A stretch of DNA of 33,523 nucleotides, from positions 1 through 33,523 of the forward strand of contig CAYTDH010000006.1 of NCBI GenBank assembly GCA_964436325.1, given 5' to 3'. Shown here piece by piece: positions 1-9,083 of the stretch. A program made the position numbers and the translations under genes. How positions within the stretch are numbered: the stretch's first letter is position 1; the number at the start of each line of letters is the position of its first letter. Under the pieces are notes generated by a model that was not told the DNA's origin, did not search any database, and was given only the letters and a program-made list of their open reading frames with translations. Source of the stretch: an uncultured Tangfeifania sp. GTDB lineage: Bacteria > Bacteroidota > Bacteroidia > Bacteroidales > Prolixibacteraceae.

Positions 1-327
1 CCCTTTACGGCCTTCTTTATCGATAAGCTGAACGCCTTTTTCCTGCAGCTCATTGAGTGATTCGTCGACATTGTCTACCGCATAGGCCAGATGATGAATC
101 CCCTGACCTTTCTTTTCAATGAACTTTCCAATCGGACCTTCCGGGTGGGTTGATTCAAGCAATTCAATTTTGGTTTCTCCAACCTGAAAAAAAGCTGTTT
201 TTACTTTTTGGTCTTTTACTTCTTCTACCGCATAGCATTTCAGACCCAGCATGTTTTCGTAAAATGGAATGGCCTCTTCCAGGCTTTTCACAGCAATACC
301 AATGTGTTCTATATGTGAAACTTTCAT
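1..327 (-). CDS. mce: Methylmalonyl-CoA epimerase (VOC/glyoxalase fold), 3' end runs off the window
   Basis: Not in the ORF track; translated by hand from ATG at 327: MKVSHIEHIGIAVKSLEEAIPFYENMLGL...TKIELLES...GPIGKFIEKKGQGIHHLAYAVDNV...GVQLIDKEGRKG. HIGIAV, IELLE and GIHHxA are the epimerase metal-binding motifs. Confidence 0.93.
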   Translation of the reverse strand, partial: MKVSHIEHIGIAVKSLEEAIPFYENMLGLKCYAVEEVKDQKVKTAFFQVGETKIELLESTHPEGPIGKFIEKKGQGIHHLAYAVDNVDESLNELQEKGVQLIDKEGRKG

Positions 328-375
328 GTTATTTAGAATTAATTTAAAATACTTGTTGTCAGAAAATTACCAGTA

Positions 376-383
376 CAAAATTA
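376..383 (-). promoter_or_regulatory. Candidate Bacteroidota sigma-70 -7 box (TAATTTTG) for mce
   Basis: Matches TAnnTTTG on the minus strand ~50 nt upstream of the ATG; the region is AT-rich, so a chance match is possible. Confidence 0.45.
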
Positions 384-482
384 TTTTAAAATGCGATTGG
401 TTTCCCGAAACCTGCAAATCATTTCAATTTGGCAACAGAATTTCAGAATAAATTAATGTTGTCGCTTTTCGTGGAATCAGGC

Positions 483-510
483 AAAAAAAAAGGCAGAGCG
501 AAGTCTGCCT
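483..510 (-). terminator. Rho-independent terminator after the CoA-transferase gene
   Basis: Stem AGGCAGA/TCTGCCT (491-497/504-510) followed by a long U-tract on the minus strand, 11 nt after the stop codon. Confidence 0.8.
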
Positions 511-521
511 GATTTTATGGA

Positions 522-1844
522 TTATTCTTCGGTGTCATTTTGATCCCAGACAAAATGGAAGTGTGGTCCGAAGCGTTCAAAAGCAGCTTTGTCGAGTTCT
601 TCCTGGTGGTCGGGATGGGCAATGGAAATAATCAATTTAGCCCGGTCCTGCAATGTACGTCCATAAAGGTTAACAGCACCGTATTCGGTGACCAGCCAGT
701 GAATATTGGCCCTCGTACTGACCACACCTGCTCCTGGAGTAAGAATGGGGGCAATTTTGCTGATGCCTTTGTTGGTTACCGAGGGGATGGCAATAATGGG
801 TTTCCCGCCCCGGCTAAGGGATGCACCTCGTAAAAAGTCAATTTGTCCTCCCACTCCCGAATAAAATTTGGTGCCGATTGAATCGGCGCAGACCTGGCCT
901 GTTATGTCAATTTGAAGTGCGGAGTTGATTGCAGTGACCTTGGGGTTTTTGGCAATGATGTTTACCCGGTTGGTATATTTCACATCCTGCATGGCCACAC
1001 CGGGGTTATCGTCAATAAATTCATACAATTTATTGGAGCCCATGAGGAAGGTAGCGACCAATTTCCCTTTGTCAATTTTTTTGTTTTTCCCGTTAACTAC
1101 TCCTTTGTCTACCAAGGGTAAAATGCCATCGGCAAACATTTCGGAATGAACTCCCAGGTCTTTGTGGTTTCCGAGCATGGTGAGCACAGCATTGGGGATG
1201 GCTCCAATGCCCATTTGAAGGGTGGCACCATCCTCTACCAGTTCGGCAACATACCTTCCGATTTTGCGGTCTGTTTCCCCAATCGGCCCCGGCTCAGCGG
1301 TAATTAAAGGCGAATCGTCCTGTACAAACAGGTCGATTTCATTGATGTGTATCATGGCATCGCCAAAAGCACGGGGAACGTTGGGGTTCACAATGGCAAT
1401 AACAGTATCGGCTTTTTCCACCGCAGCAAGTGTTGCATCCACTGAGGTCCCGAGAGATACATAACCAAATTTATCGGGTTCCGAAACCTGAATCATGGTC
1501 ACGTTCACCTGAAGGTAATTTTCCCTTATCAGCCGCTGCGTTTCATGCAGGAAAACAGGAATGTAATCGGCATAACCCGCCTGAGTCTGTTTTCGTACAT
1601 TGGCTCCCACAAAAAATGATTCGAGCTGAAAAATCCCCTCAAATTCCTGGTCTGCATAGGGCGCATGTCCCTCCGTATGAATATGCTGAATGCGCACATT
1701 CCTGAATTCTTTGTTGCGGCCGCGTTCACACATGGCTTCAATTAATGGGTGCGGCGTGACCGCAACGCTGTGGAGATGCACTCTGTCATTCGATTTAATT
1801 ACTTTTACAGCTTCCTGGGCACTGATAAATTTAATATTCTTCAT
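522..1844 (-). CDS. Acetyl-CoA hydrolase/transferase family protein (4-hydroxybutyrate/succinate:acyl CoA-transferase-like), 440 aa
   Basis: Motifs GATLQMGIGAIPNAV, LGVHSEMF (catalytic Glu), INSALQIDITGQV and SGVGGQIDF. Start moved to ATG 1844 (MKNIKFISAQEAV) because the longer ORF-track start runs through the promoter box. Confidence 0.9.
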   Translation of the reverse strand: MKNIKFISAQEAVKVIKSNDRVHLHSVAVTPHPLIEAMCERGRNKEFRNVRIQHIHTEGHAPYADQEFEGIFQLESFFVGANVRKQTQAGYADYIPVFLHETQRLIRENYLQVNVTMIQVSEPDKFGYVSLGTSVDATLAAVEKADTVIAIVNPNVPRAFGDAMIHINEIDLFVQDDSPLITAEPGPIGETDRKIGRYVAELVEDGATLQMGIGAIPNAVLTMLGNHKDLGVHSEMFADGILPLVDKGVVNGKNKKIDKGKLVATFLMGSNKLYEFIDDNPGVAMQDVKYTNRVNIIAKNPKVTAINSALQIDITGQVCADSIGTKFYSGVGGQIDFLRGASLSRGGKPIIAIPSVTNKGISKIAPILTPGAGVVSTRANIHWLVTEYGAVNLYGRTLQDRAKLIISIAHPDHQEELDKAAFERFGPHFHFVWDQNDTEE

Positions 1845-1884
1845 TCTTATTCCGGTTAATAATCGGGTTTTGAAATAGAGGGCG

Positions 1885-1892
1885 CAAAGATA
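1885..1892 (-). promoter_or_regulatory. Bacteroidota -7 promoter box (TATCTTTG) for the CoA-transferase
   Basis: Classic TATCTTTGC on the minus strand ~40 nt upstream of ATG 1844. Confidence 0.65.
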
Positions 1893-2076
1893 AAAAAATG
1901 ATTGGGGGTTTAAACTTTCGAATATCATTTATGGTTGTTCTAAACCTTTTGTGAATTATTTGTTAATAGTTCATCAAGCCCATATTATCTCGTATGAAAA
2001 AGAAGTCGTGTTTTGAACCTTTCTTTTTTGTATATGTTCAAATTTTTATAATTTTAAACATCTAAATGAAAAAACC

Positions 2077-2592
2077 ATGTTAAAAGAAAAAATGTTAAAT
2101 GCTTTGAATGAGCAGATAAATGCTGAACAGTACTCGGCTTTGCTTTACTTGTCTATGTCGGCCTGGTTCGAAGATCAGGGATTGACAGGATTTGCCAACT
2201 GGATGTATGTTCAGTACCAGGAAGAACTCACCCACGCTAATAAGTTATTCAAGTACGTGAATGAGCGCAGTGGCAGGGTTGAATTGAAAGGGATTGAACA
2301 GATGCCAATTGAATTTAAGAGTGTAATTGCTGTTGTTGAGAAGACGCTGGAACACGAGCAGCATGTGACCAGTTTAATCAATAACCTTGTGGATATAGCT
2401 ATTGAAGAACGGGATCATGCCACCCAAAGTTTTCTGAAATGGTTTGTTGATGAGCAGGTGGAAGAAGAAGCCAATGTAACTGAAATTTTAGATAATCTGA
2501 AATTGATCAGCGGAAAAGGACATGGCCTCTTTATGCTGGACCGTGAATTGCGTCAGCGCCAGTTTGTGGATGAAACCCTGGAAGAAGAATAA
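2077..2592 (+). CDS. ftnA: Non-heme ferritin
   Basis: LNEQINAEQYSALLYLSMSAW, QYQEELTHA, LEHEQHVT and FLKWFVDEQVEEE ferroxidase-centre motifs; 171 aa. Confidence 0.95.
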   Translation: MLKEKMLNALNEQINAEQYSALLYLSMSAWFEDQGLTGFANWMYVQYQEELTHANKLFKYVNERSGRVELKGIEQMPIEFKSVIAVVEKTLEHEQHVTSLINNLVDIAIEERDHATQSFLKWFVDEQVEEEANVTEILDNLKLISGKGHGLFMLDRELRQRQFVDETLEEE

Positions 2593-2617
2593 TCTTTTAC
2601 AACCATAACATCTGGCG

Positions 2618-2646
2618 AAGGGCTGCTGTTATGCAGCCTTTTTTTT
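2618..2646 (+). terminator. Rho-independent terminator after ferritin
   Basis: GGCTGC-tgttat-GCAGCC stem-loop followed by T8. Confidence 0.8.
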
Positions 2647-2726
2647 CGAATTTGCGTACCACTTAAAGAGCGTTACTTTTTAGAGATACCGGAAGAAGAT
2701 ATTGCTCTGATGAATGGATAATCATC

Positions 2727-4922
2727 ATGGAACTGAGTGAACAGGTATATGCGCGTTACGAGCAACTGAAAGATTTTTGCAGGCTGAACTGGGAGGAGGA
2801 TTCCCTTAACCGGCTTGAGGAGGCTTTTCTGTTTGCACAATCTGTGATTGGTGATCAGCAGTTCAAAACCGGGGAGTATATCCTGAACCATTCACTGGAT
2901 GTGGCCATCATTACTGCTGAAGAGATTGGGCTTGGCGTTGATTCGGTAATTACCGGGCTTTTGCACAACATTATGTATGCCGGCCTGGAGAGAAAGGCTA
3001 CCCGCGAGGAAATTGAAAGCCGCTTTGGGGTTCTCGTATATTCGATTCTTGAAGGGATGGCCAAAATAAATGCCCTGGGGACCGACACCGTTGACCTGCA
3101 TGCTGAAAACTACCGAAAGCTTTTGCTGGCTTTGGCGGGAGATGTTCGGGTAATTCTGATAAAAACTGCCGACCGCCTTCAGGTGATGCGTCACCTTAGC
3201 ATTTATGATGAAGCATCGCGCGACCGGCTGGCCAACGAAACCTCCCATCTTTATGCCCCCCTGGCTCATCGTCTGGGGTTGTATGCCATCAACTCTGAGT
3301 TGCTTGATTTATGCCTGAAGCATCAGAATTCCGATGGTTACCATTATGTGCTGAACCGGTTAAAAGAGACCGAAAGCGAACGGGCAGGTTTTGTTGCGGA
3401 ATTCGTTAAGCCCGTGGAAAAAAAACTCAGGGAGCGTGGATTTTCTTTTTCGATGAAAGCCCGGACCAAATCGCTTCATTCCATCTGGAATAAGATGCAA
3501 AAGAAAAAAGTTTCTTTCGACGAGGTCATGGATTTGTTTGCCATCCGGATCATTCTTGATTCGAAACCGGAAAATGAAAAAGCGGACTGCTGGACGGCCT
3601 ACTCTGTGGTTACGGAAGAATACCAGACCAACCCTGAACGGTTGCGCGACTGGATTACCATTCCCAAATCCAATGGTTATGAATCGCTTCATACTACGGT
3701 GATGGGACCGCAGGAGCGCTGGGTGGAGATTCAGATCCGTACAAAGCGGATGGATGAAATTGCTGAGAAAGGCTTAGCTGCCCACTGGCGTTACAAAGGG
3801 GGAGGCGAGAGTACCGGGCTCGACTCCTGGCTGGCCGGGATCAGAGAGATTCTGGAGAACCCGGCGCTCAATGTTGTGGATTTTATTGACCACTTCAATA
3901 CCGATATTTACAGCGATGAGACTTTTGTGTTTACGCCCAAAGGCGATTTGAGAAAAATGCCCTCCGGTTCCACCTTGCTTGATTTTGCTTATGAGATTCA
4001 TTCTCATTTGGGCGATAAATGTGTGGGAGGCATGGTGAATGGCCGGAAAGTAACGATGAAATATAAACTCCGGAATGGAGACCAGGTTTCCATTGATACT
4101 GCAAACAATCAAAAACCCAAAATCGACTGGCTCGATTTTGTGGTGACCACAAAAGCTAAAAGCCGGGTAAAAGCCAGTTTGAATGAGGAAAAGAAAATCA
4201 GGGCAGCAGAAGGACGTGAAATCCTCATGCGAAAATTTAAAAACTGGAAGCTTGATCTTAACGATGAAGTCATCCGGATAATGTTAAAGAAATACGATTT
4301 TAAACTTGCAGCCGATTTTTATTGCGCTTTGGCTGAGGGGAAGATTGATCCCCTGGAGATAAAATCGATTTTTGTAGATAAGCCTGAGGAAGAAAGTACC
4401 CGAAGGAAAATGGAGGACCTTCTTCCCAAAACAGAGGTTCAGGAATTTGTTTTTGACGGGGGCGATGACTATTTAATCATTGATGATAATCTGAAAAATG
4501 TCAATTATAAGCTGGCCCGCTGTTGCAATCCTGTGTTTGGCGATTCGGTTTTTGGATTTGTAACCATCAGCGACGGAATTAAAATTCACCGGAATAGCTG
4601 TCCCAATGCTCCTCAGTTGAAAGAGCGGTTCCCTTACCGGATCATCAAGGCCAAATGGAAGGATACTTCGAGTCCGGGAGCGTTTATCACCACCCTGCAC
4701 ATTTCAGGAACCGATGAAACGGGCATTGTTGCTGAAATATCCCATATTATTGCCAAAGATACCGGTGCCCAACTTCGGTCTATCAATGTTGATTCGGAAA
4801 AAGGAAGGTTTGAAGGTATTTTAAAAATATCGGTATACAACCTCAATCACCTGGAATTTCTGATTCATAAAATGAAAAAAGTAAAAGGAATTATTTCCGT
4901 AACGCGGGGTGAAAATAAATAA
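2727..4922 (+). CDS. Long RelA/SpoT homologue ((p)ppGpp synthetase; HD, SYNTH, TGS, ZFD and ACT domains), hydrolase motif degenerate
   Basis: YAPLAHRLG, DLFAIRII, PKSNGYESLHTTV, EIQIRT, GLAAHWRYK, TGS FVFTPKG..LDFAYEIHS, ARCCNP..HRNSC zinc finger and C-terminal ACT domain. Confidence 0.95.
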   Translation: MELSEQVYARYEQLKDFCRLNWEEDSLNRLEEAFLFAQSVIGDQQFKTGEYILNHSLDVAIITAEEIGLGVDSVITGLLHNIMYAGLERKATREEIESRFGVLVYSILEGMAKINALGTDTVDLHAENYRKLLLALAGDVRVILIKTADRLQVMRHLSIYDEASRDRLANETSHLYAPLAHRLGLYAINSELLDLCLKHQNSDGYHYVLNRLKETESERAGFVAEFVKPVEKKLRERGFSFSMKARTKSLHSIWNKMQKKKVSFDEVMDLFAIRIILDSKPENEKADCWTAYSVVTEEYQTNPERLRDWITIPKSNGYESLHTTVMGPQERWVEIQIRTKRMDEIAEKGLAAHWRYKGGGESTGLDSWLAGIREILENPALNVVDFIDHFNTDIYSDETFVFTPKGDLRKMPSGSTLLDFAYEIHSHLGDKCVGGMVNGRKVTMKYKLRNGDQVSIDTANNQKPKIDWLDFVVTTKAKSRVKASLNEEKKIRAAEGREILMRKFKNWKLDLNDEVIRIMLKKYDFKLAADFYCALAEGKIDPLEIKSIFVDKPEEESTRRKMEDLLPKTEVQEFVFDGGDDYLIIDDNLKNVNYKLARCCNPVFGDSVFGFVTISDGIKIHRNSCPNAPQLKERFPYRIIKAKWKDTSSPGAFITTLHISGTDETGIVAEISHIIAKDTGAQLRSINVDSEKGRFEGILKISVYNLNHLEFLIHKMKKVKGIISVTRGENK

Positions 4923-5007
4923 AGTGTTCTCCTTATGGAGGAAATGCCTCTGTTTGCTATTCAGGAAGATAAATGCAGAAGGTTCTGAAATGATAAATGA
5001 TTAAAAA

Positions 5008-6114
5008 ATGAATGTCTTGTTGGCTCCGAATTCGATGAAAGGCAGTCTGAATGCTTTTGATTTTACCGATACTATGGAAAAAGCATTTAAAGCTTGTTCT
5101 CCCCGTTTTTCCATCCGGAAAGTACCTGTTGCTGATGGGGGGGATTTTACCGGTGAGGTTTTGCGAAGAGCACTCCATGGCAGGGAGGTAAGGGTACAGG
5201 TCAGTGATCCCCTGGGCAGGAAGATTACTTCTGGATATGCCGTATCGGGTAAAACGGCGGTGATTGAAATGGCTGATGCCTCGGGGATGAAACAGCTCTC
5301 CCGGGACGAACTCAATCCCATGGAAACCAGTTCTTATGGTACAGGTCAGTTGATTGCCCATGCGATGGAAAGCGGGTGTAATGAAATATGGCTGGGCATT
5401 GGAGGCAGTGCAACGGTGGATGGGGGAGCAGGAATGCTTGAAGCGCTCGGTTTTGGATTGATGGACCGGGAAAAGCGCTCAGTTGAAGGAAAAGGGAAAA
5501 ACCTTGAACAGATAACCTTTTTAGAGAAGCCGGAAACCCGGGCCGGTGTTTCGTTTAAAATTATCAGTGATGTCAACAATCCATTGCTCGGGTCCACAGG
5601 AGCTGCAGCGGTTTTCGGTCCTCAGAAAGGGGCTTCCCCTTCCATGGTTCATTCGCTGGAACGTGGTCTGGAAAACTGGGGACACCTGCTGGAGAAAGAA
5701 AGCCGGAAAAAGCTGGTTTCGCTTAAGGGAGCTGGTGCAGCCGGAGGAATAGCACTTCCCTTGCTTGCTCTTTTCGATGCCGGGATGGTTCCCGGAGCCC
5801 GTTTTATCCTGGAAAAACTCGATTTTGAAAAGCATGTCCAGTGGGCTGATTTGGTCATTACAGGGGAAGGGAAAATTGACGGGCAATCGCTTCACGATAA
5901 AGCGTCATTTGCCGTTGCTCAAACCGCCCGAAAGCATCATAAACCGGTGATTGGAGTCGGAGGCTGGATTGAGGAAGGAGGAGCAATGGGATTTGATGCT
6001 GTTTTCAGCTTTGTAAACAGGCCGGTTACCCTGGAAGAATCTATGGATAAGGCCACTCAGTTCTTGTATGACTTTTCACGAAACCTCGCTTCCTTGCTTG
6101 CTGTTTTTTTATAG
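5008..6114 (+). CDS. glxK: Glycerate kinase (GlxK/GarK family)
   Basis: APNSMKGSL, VPVADGG, IEMADASG, GIGGSATVDGG, DVNNPLLG..GAAAVFGPQKGA, GAAGG and VITGEGKIDGQS. Confidence 0.92.
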   Translation: MNVLLAPNSMKGSLNAFDFTDTMEKAFKACSPRFSIRKVPVADGGDFTGEVLRRALHGREVRVQVSDPLGRKITSGYAVSGKTAVIEMADASGMKQLSRDELNPMETSSYGTGQLIAHAMESGCNEIWLGIGGSATVDGGAGMLEALGFGLMDREKRSVEGKGKNLEQITFLEKPETRAGVSFKIISDVNNPLLGSTGAAAVFGPQKGASPSMVHSLERGLENWGHLLEKESRKKLVSLKGAGAAGGIALPLLALFDAGMVPGARFILEKLDFEKHVQWADLVITGEGKIDGQSLHDKASFAVAQTARKHHKPVIGVGGWIEEGGAMGFDAVFSFVNRPVTLEESMDKATQFLYDFSRNLASLLAVFL

Positions 6115-6339
6115 TTTTTTGTGCTTTTATGGCATTTTTTTCTTTTTTTGACTTTTCGGAGTGGACATTTTTTTAAAATTTTTAAATTAACAACGTTTTG
6201 GTAGTTAGTATTTTATGTCTTTATTGCATGAAAGTAACGTATCGTTGACTTTAATGGCAAGATATTTGAAAAAACGATTTGAGTTCTTTATTATCAATTT
6301 TGATAGAAGGTTTACTATAGGTTTTTTGATCATTATTAT

Positions 6340-6347
6340 TATTTTTG
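6340..6347 (+). promoter_or_regulatory. Candidate -7 box (TATTTTTG) for the TPR gene
   Basis: TAnnTTTG ~70 nt upstream of ATG 6416 in an AT-rich 300-bp spacer. Confidence 0.45.
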
Positions 6348-6415
6348 AAACTTCGCAACGAAAGCAGGTTAAGAAATCTAAAAAAAATTAGTTTAAAAAT
6401 TAAAAATTAACAAAG

Positions 6416-7267
6416 ATGAAAAATGGAGTTTTATTGACACTGGCCCTTCTGATTTCGGCATTTTCCTTTGCGCAAGATGCGGCTGAAAAGATTACTCAGG
6501 CCAATGAAGCAATGAAAGCTGAAGATTATGCCAAAGCATTTTCTTTGTACGATGAAGCAATGAAAAACCTGGGCGATGTGCAGGTAGAGCCTACCATTAA
6601 TTACAATATTGCATTGGCTGCATACAGATCGGAAAACATGGATGGTGCCCTGGAATATTTTGACCGGGCCATTGAAGCAGGTGTGAATACCGAGAGAAGT
6701 TATGAATATAAGGCCCGGATATTTAATGATAAGGAGGACTATGCCAAGGCAGTGGAAAACTTTGAAAAGGCCATAGCAGCGTCTGAGGATGGCGATACGG
6801 AATCGATGGTGTTTAATGCAGCCATTGCTGCCTATCGTGCAAACATGTTAGAAAAAGCCGTGGAGTTGTTCGGAAAAAGTGTGGAAAATGGGTACCGTGG
6901 GGAAACGGCTATTTTCTATAAGGCCGCCGCGCTTAGAAAGCAGGGAGATGATCCGGCTTATAAAGCTGCACTGGAAGAAGGAGCCCAAAAATATCCGGGT
7001 GATGATAAAATTACATCGGCGCTTGCAAATATTTATGTCAGGGAAGGAAATGAACTGTACAAAGAGGGTGTTGCCATACTCAATGCCGCTAACCAAAAAG
7101 TACAGGATGGCAGTTTAAAAACCACTGACGATGCCTACACGGCAGAGGTAGAAAAAGCACAGGTGGAATTCAGGGCAGCACTGGCCATTCTGGAAAAGGC
7201 CAAGGAATTGGACCCCTCAAATCAAAATGCTCAGAAATTGATCGATGCATGCAGTTCCGTTCTGTAA
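6416..7267 (+). CDS. Secreted/periplasmic tetratricopeptide-repeat protein
   Basis: Sec signal peptide (MKNGVLLTLALLISAFSFA/Q) and multiple TPR units (DYAKAFSLYDEA, YNIALAAY..GALEYFDRAI, DYAKAVENFEKAI, LEKAKELDPSN). Confidence 0.88.
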   Translation: MKNGVLLTLALLISAFSFAQDAAEKITQANEAMKAEDYAKAFSLYDEAMKNLGDVQVEPTINYNIALAAYRSENMDGALEYFDRAIEAGVNTERSYEYKARIFNDKEDYAKAVENFEKAIAASEDGDTESMVFNAAIAAYRANMLEKAVELFGKSVENGYRGETAIFYKAAALRKQGDDPAYKAALEEGAQKYPGDDKITSALANIYVREGNELYKEGVAILNAANQKVQDGSLKTTDDAYTAEVEKAQVEFRAALAILEKAKELDPSNQNAQKLIDACSSVL

Positions 7268-7289
7268 GGAGATTTTAGAATCATTTTAT

Positions 7290-7332
7290 AAAAAAAATCC
7301 ATTGGAGAGTCTATTTCCAATGGATTTTTTTT
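7290..7332. terminator. Terminator after the TPR gene (A-tract/T-tract flanked, potentially bidirectional)
   Basis: A8-TCCATTGGA ... TCCAATGGA-T8 perfect inverted repeat. Confidence 0.85.
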
Positions 7333-7363
7333 ACTGAAGGAGAGAATGGATTCAATTACTTTT

Positions 7364-7371
7364 TATTTTTG
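7364..7371 (+). promoter_or_regulatory. Candidate -7 box (TATTTTTG) for cupin-fucosidase
   Basis: TAnnTTTG followed by C, just downstream of the terminator and ~110 nt upstream of ATG 7484. Confidence 0.5.
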
Positions 7372-7483
7372 CCTCAAAAAGAGGTTTAATGAAATGAACC
7401 ATGATCCGCCGGCTGGCGGAACACGCAAAGATGTTTAAATGGCGGGTTCCATGTGTTATCATTAAAAATAAACAATTATACAC

Positions 7484-7750
7484 ATGAAAATAGAAATTGA
7501 ACAACCAGAACAGGAAGAACTGGAGGAAATGGATGTCTTTTCCTGGCCGGTTTGGGAACACGAGGAAGAGAAATTTGACTGGTTTTACGACAAAACAGAG
7601 AAGTGCTATATTTTTGAAGGAGAGGCTACGATTGTCTCTGAGTTTGAATCGAAAACCATTAAGGCAGGCGATTTTGTGACGTTTCCCAAAGGACTTGAAT
7701 GTGTTTGGGATATTCAATCGGCCATAAAAAAGCATTATACATTTGAATAA
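7484..7750 (+). CDS. Small cupin (DUF861/Cupin_3-like)
   Basis: WPVWE..E.FDWFYD.TE.CYIFEGEA ... IKAGDFVTFPKGL.CVWDI...IKKHY pattern; 88 aa. Confidence 0.88.
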   Translation: MKIEIEQPEQEELEEMDVFSWPVWEHEEEKFDWFYDKTEKCYIFEGEATIVSEFESKTIKAGDFVTFPKGLECVWDIQSAIKKHYTFE

Positions 7751-7757
7751 TTTAAAA

Positions 7758-9083
7758 ATGAAGAAAACAGGAATTTTTTTGTTGCTCTGGGCTTTGACAT
7801 TTCAGGGGATTTCTCAGGAAGTTACTGCTGTGAAGGAAGAACGTATGCAATGGTTTGAAGATGCCAAACTTGGTATTTTTATTCACTGGGGGATTTATTC
7901 GGTGAAAGGGATTGATGAAAGCTGGTCGTTTTTTAATCATTACATTCCTTACGATGATTATATGAAACAGCTCGAAGGGTTTACTGCGGAAAATTATGAT
8001 CCGGATGCCTGGGCCGATTTAATTGCTGAAAGTGGTGCCAAATATGCTGTATTGACAACCAAGCATCATGATGGCGTAGCTCTTTGGGACACCGATTGTT
8101 CGAACCTCAATGTGGTGGATCAAACTCCTGCAGGAAAAGATTTGGTTGGACCGTTTGCAGATGCTTTGAAAGAGAGGAATTTGAAAACCGGTTTGTACTA
8201 TTCGCTGCTTGATTGGTCGCATCCCGATTATCCGAACAAAACCCGGGAGATCAAAAGGTATAATAATGATTCAGCACGCTGGAACCGTTTTGTTGATTTC
8301 AATTTTTGCCAATTGGAGGAGTTATCCAAAAGGTATAATCCCGACCTTTACTGGTTTGACGGTGACTGGGAGCAATCTGCTGAAAAATGGAAAGCCCGTG
8401 AGTTGAGCGAACAGTTAAGGGAGTGGAATGAAGATGTTATTTTGAACAGCAGGATACAAGGTTATGGTGATTATTCTACCCCGGAACAGGGCCTTCCGGT
8501 TACACGGCCCGATTCCAGGTACTGGGAGTTGTGTATGACGATGAATGACAGTTGGGGATACCAGCACAATGACACCAATTATAAAACTCCGAACCAAATT
8601 ATCCGCATTTTGACCGAGACCATTGCAATGGGCGGCAACTTGTTGCTTGATATCGGGCCTAAAGCCGATGGCACCATTCCCGCAGAGCAGGTTCATATTT
8701 TAAAAGAGCTGGGGCGCTGGACCAATAAACATGCAGAAGCTGTTTACGGAACACGGGCCGGAATTCCACCGGCGCATTATTATGGTCCCACAGCCCTGAA
8801 TAAAAAGGGAGATATCCTGTACCTGTATGTGCCCCATAAACCCAATGGCCCCCTTGTTTTGAAGGGAATTAAAAACAAAATTAACCGCATGTGGGTTGTA
8901 GGCAACGGTACCAAATTGAATTGGGACATCAAAATGAAACAATACTGGAGTGCTGTCCCCGGTATTGTTTACATCGATGTACCTTCAAAAGTGTTGGATG
9001 AACAAGTTACCGTCATTGCCGTATTGCTCGACGGAGAGATAGACCTCTATAGCGAAAAAGGTCAGGTGATTACTTCCAATTAA
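7758..9083 (+). CDS. Alpha-L-fucosidase, glycoside hydrolase family 29, with signal peptide
   Basis: WFEDAKLGIFIHWG, LTTKHHDG, WFDG (nucleophile), WELCMTMNDSWGY and GGNLLLDIGP. Start at ATG 7758 (MKKTGIFLLLWAL). Confidence 0.92.
   Translation: MKKTGIFLLLWALTFQGISQEVTAVKEERMQWFEDAKLGIFIHWGIYSVKGIDESWSFFNHYIPYDDYMKQLEGFTAENYDPDAWADLIAESGAKYAVLTTKHHDGVALWDTDCSNLNVVDQTPAGKDLVGPFADALKERNLKTGLYYSLLDWSHPDYPNKTREIKRYNNDSARWNRFVDFNFCQLEELSKRYNPDLYWFDGDWEQSAEKWKARELSEQLREWNEDVILNSRIQGYGDYSTPEQGLPVTRPDSRYWELCMTMNDSWGYQHNDTNYKTPNQIIRILTETIAMGGNLLLDIGPKADGTIPAEQVHILKELGRWTNKHAEAVYGTRAGIPPAHYYGPTALNKKGDILYLYVPHKPNGPLVLKGIKNKINRMWVVGNGTKLNWDIKMKQYWSAVPGIVYIDVPSKVLDEQVTVIAVLLDGEIDLYSEKGQVITSN

Noticed and set aside
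329..351. TTATTTAGAATTAATTTAAAATA resembling a Bacteroidota Fur-box-like palindrome
   Set aside because: Only one half matches well, and it coincides with the A-rich translation-initiation region of mce.
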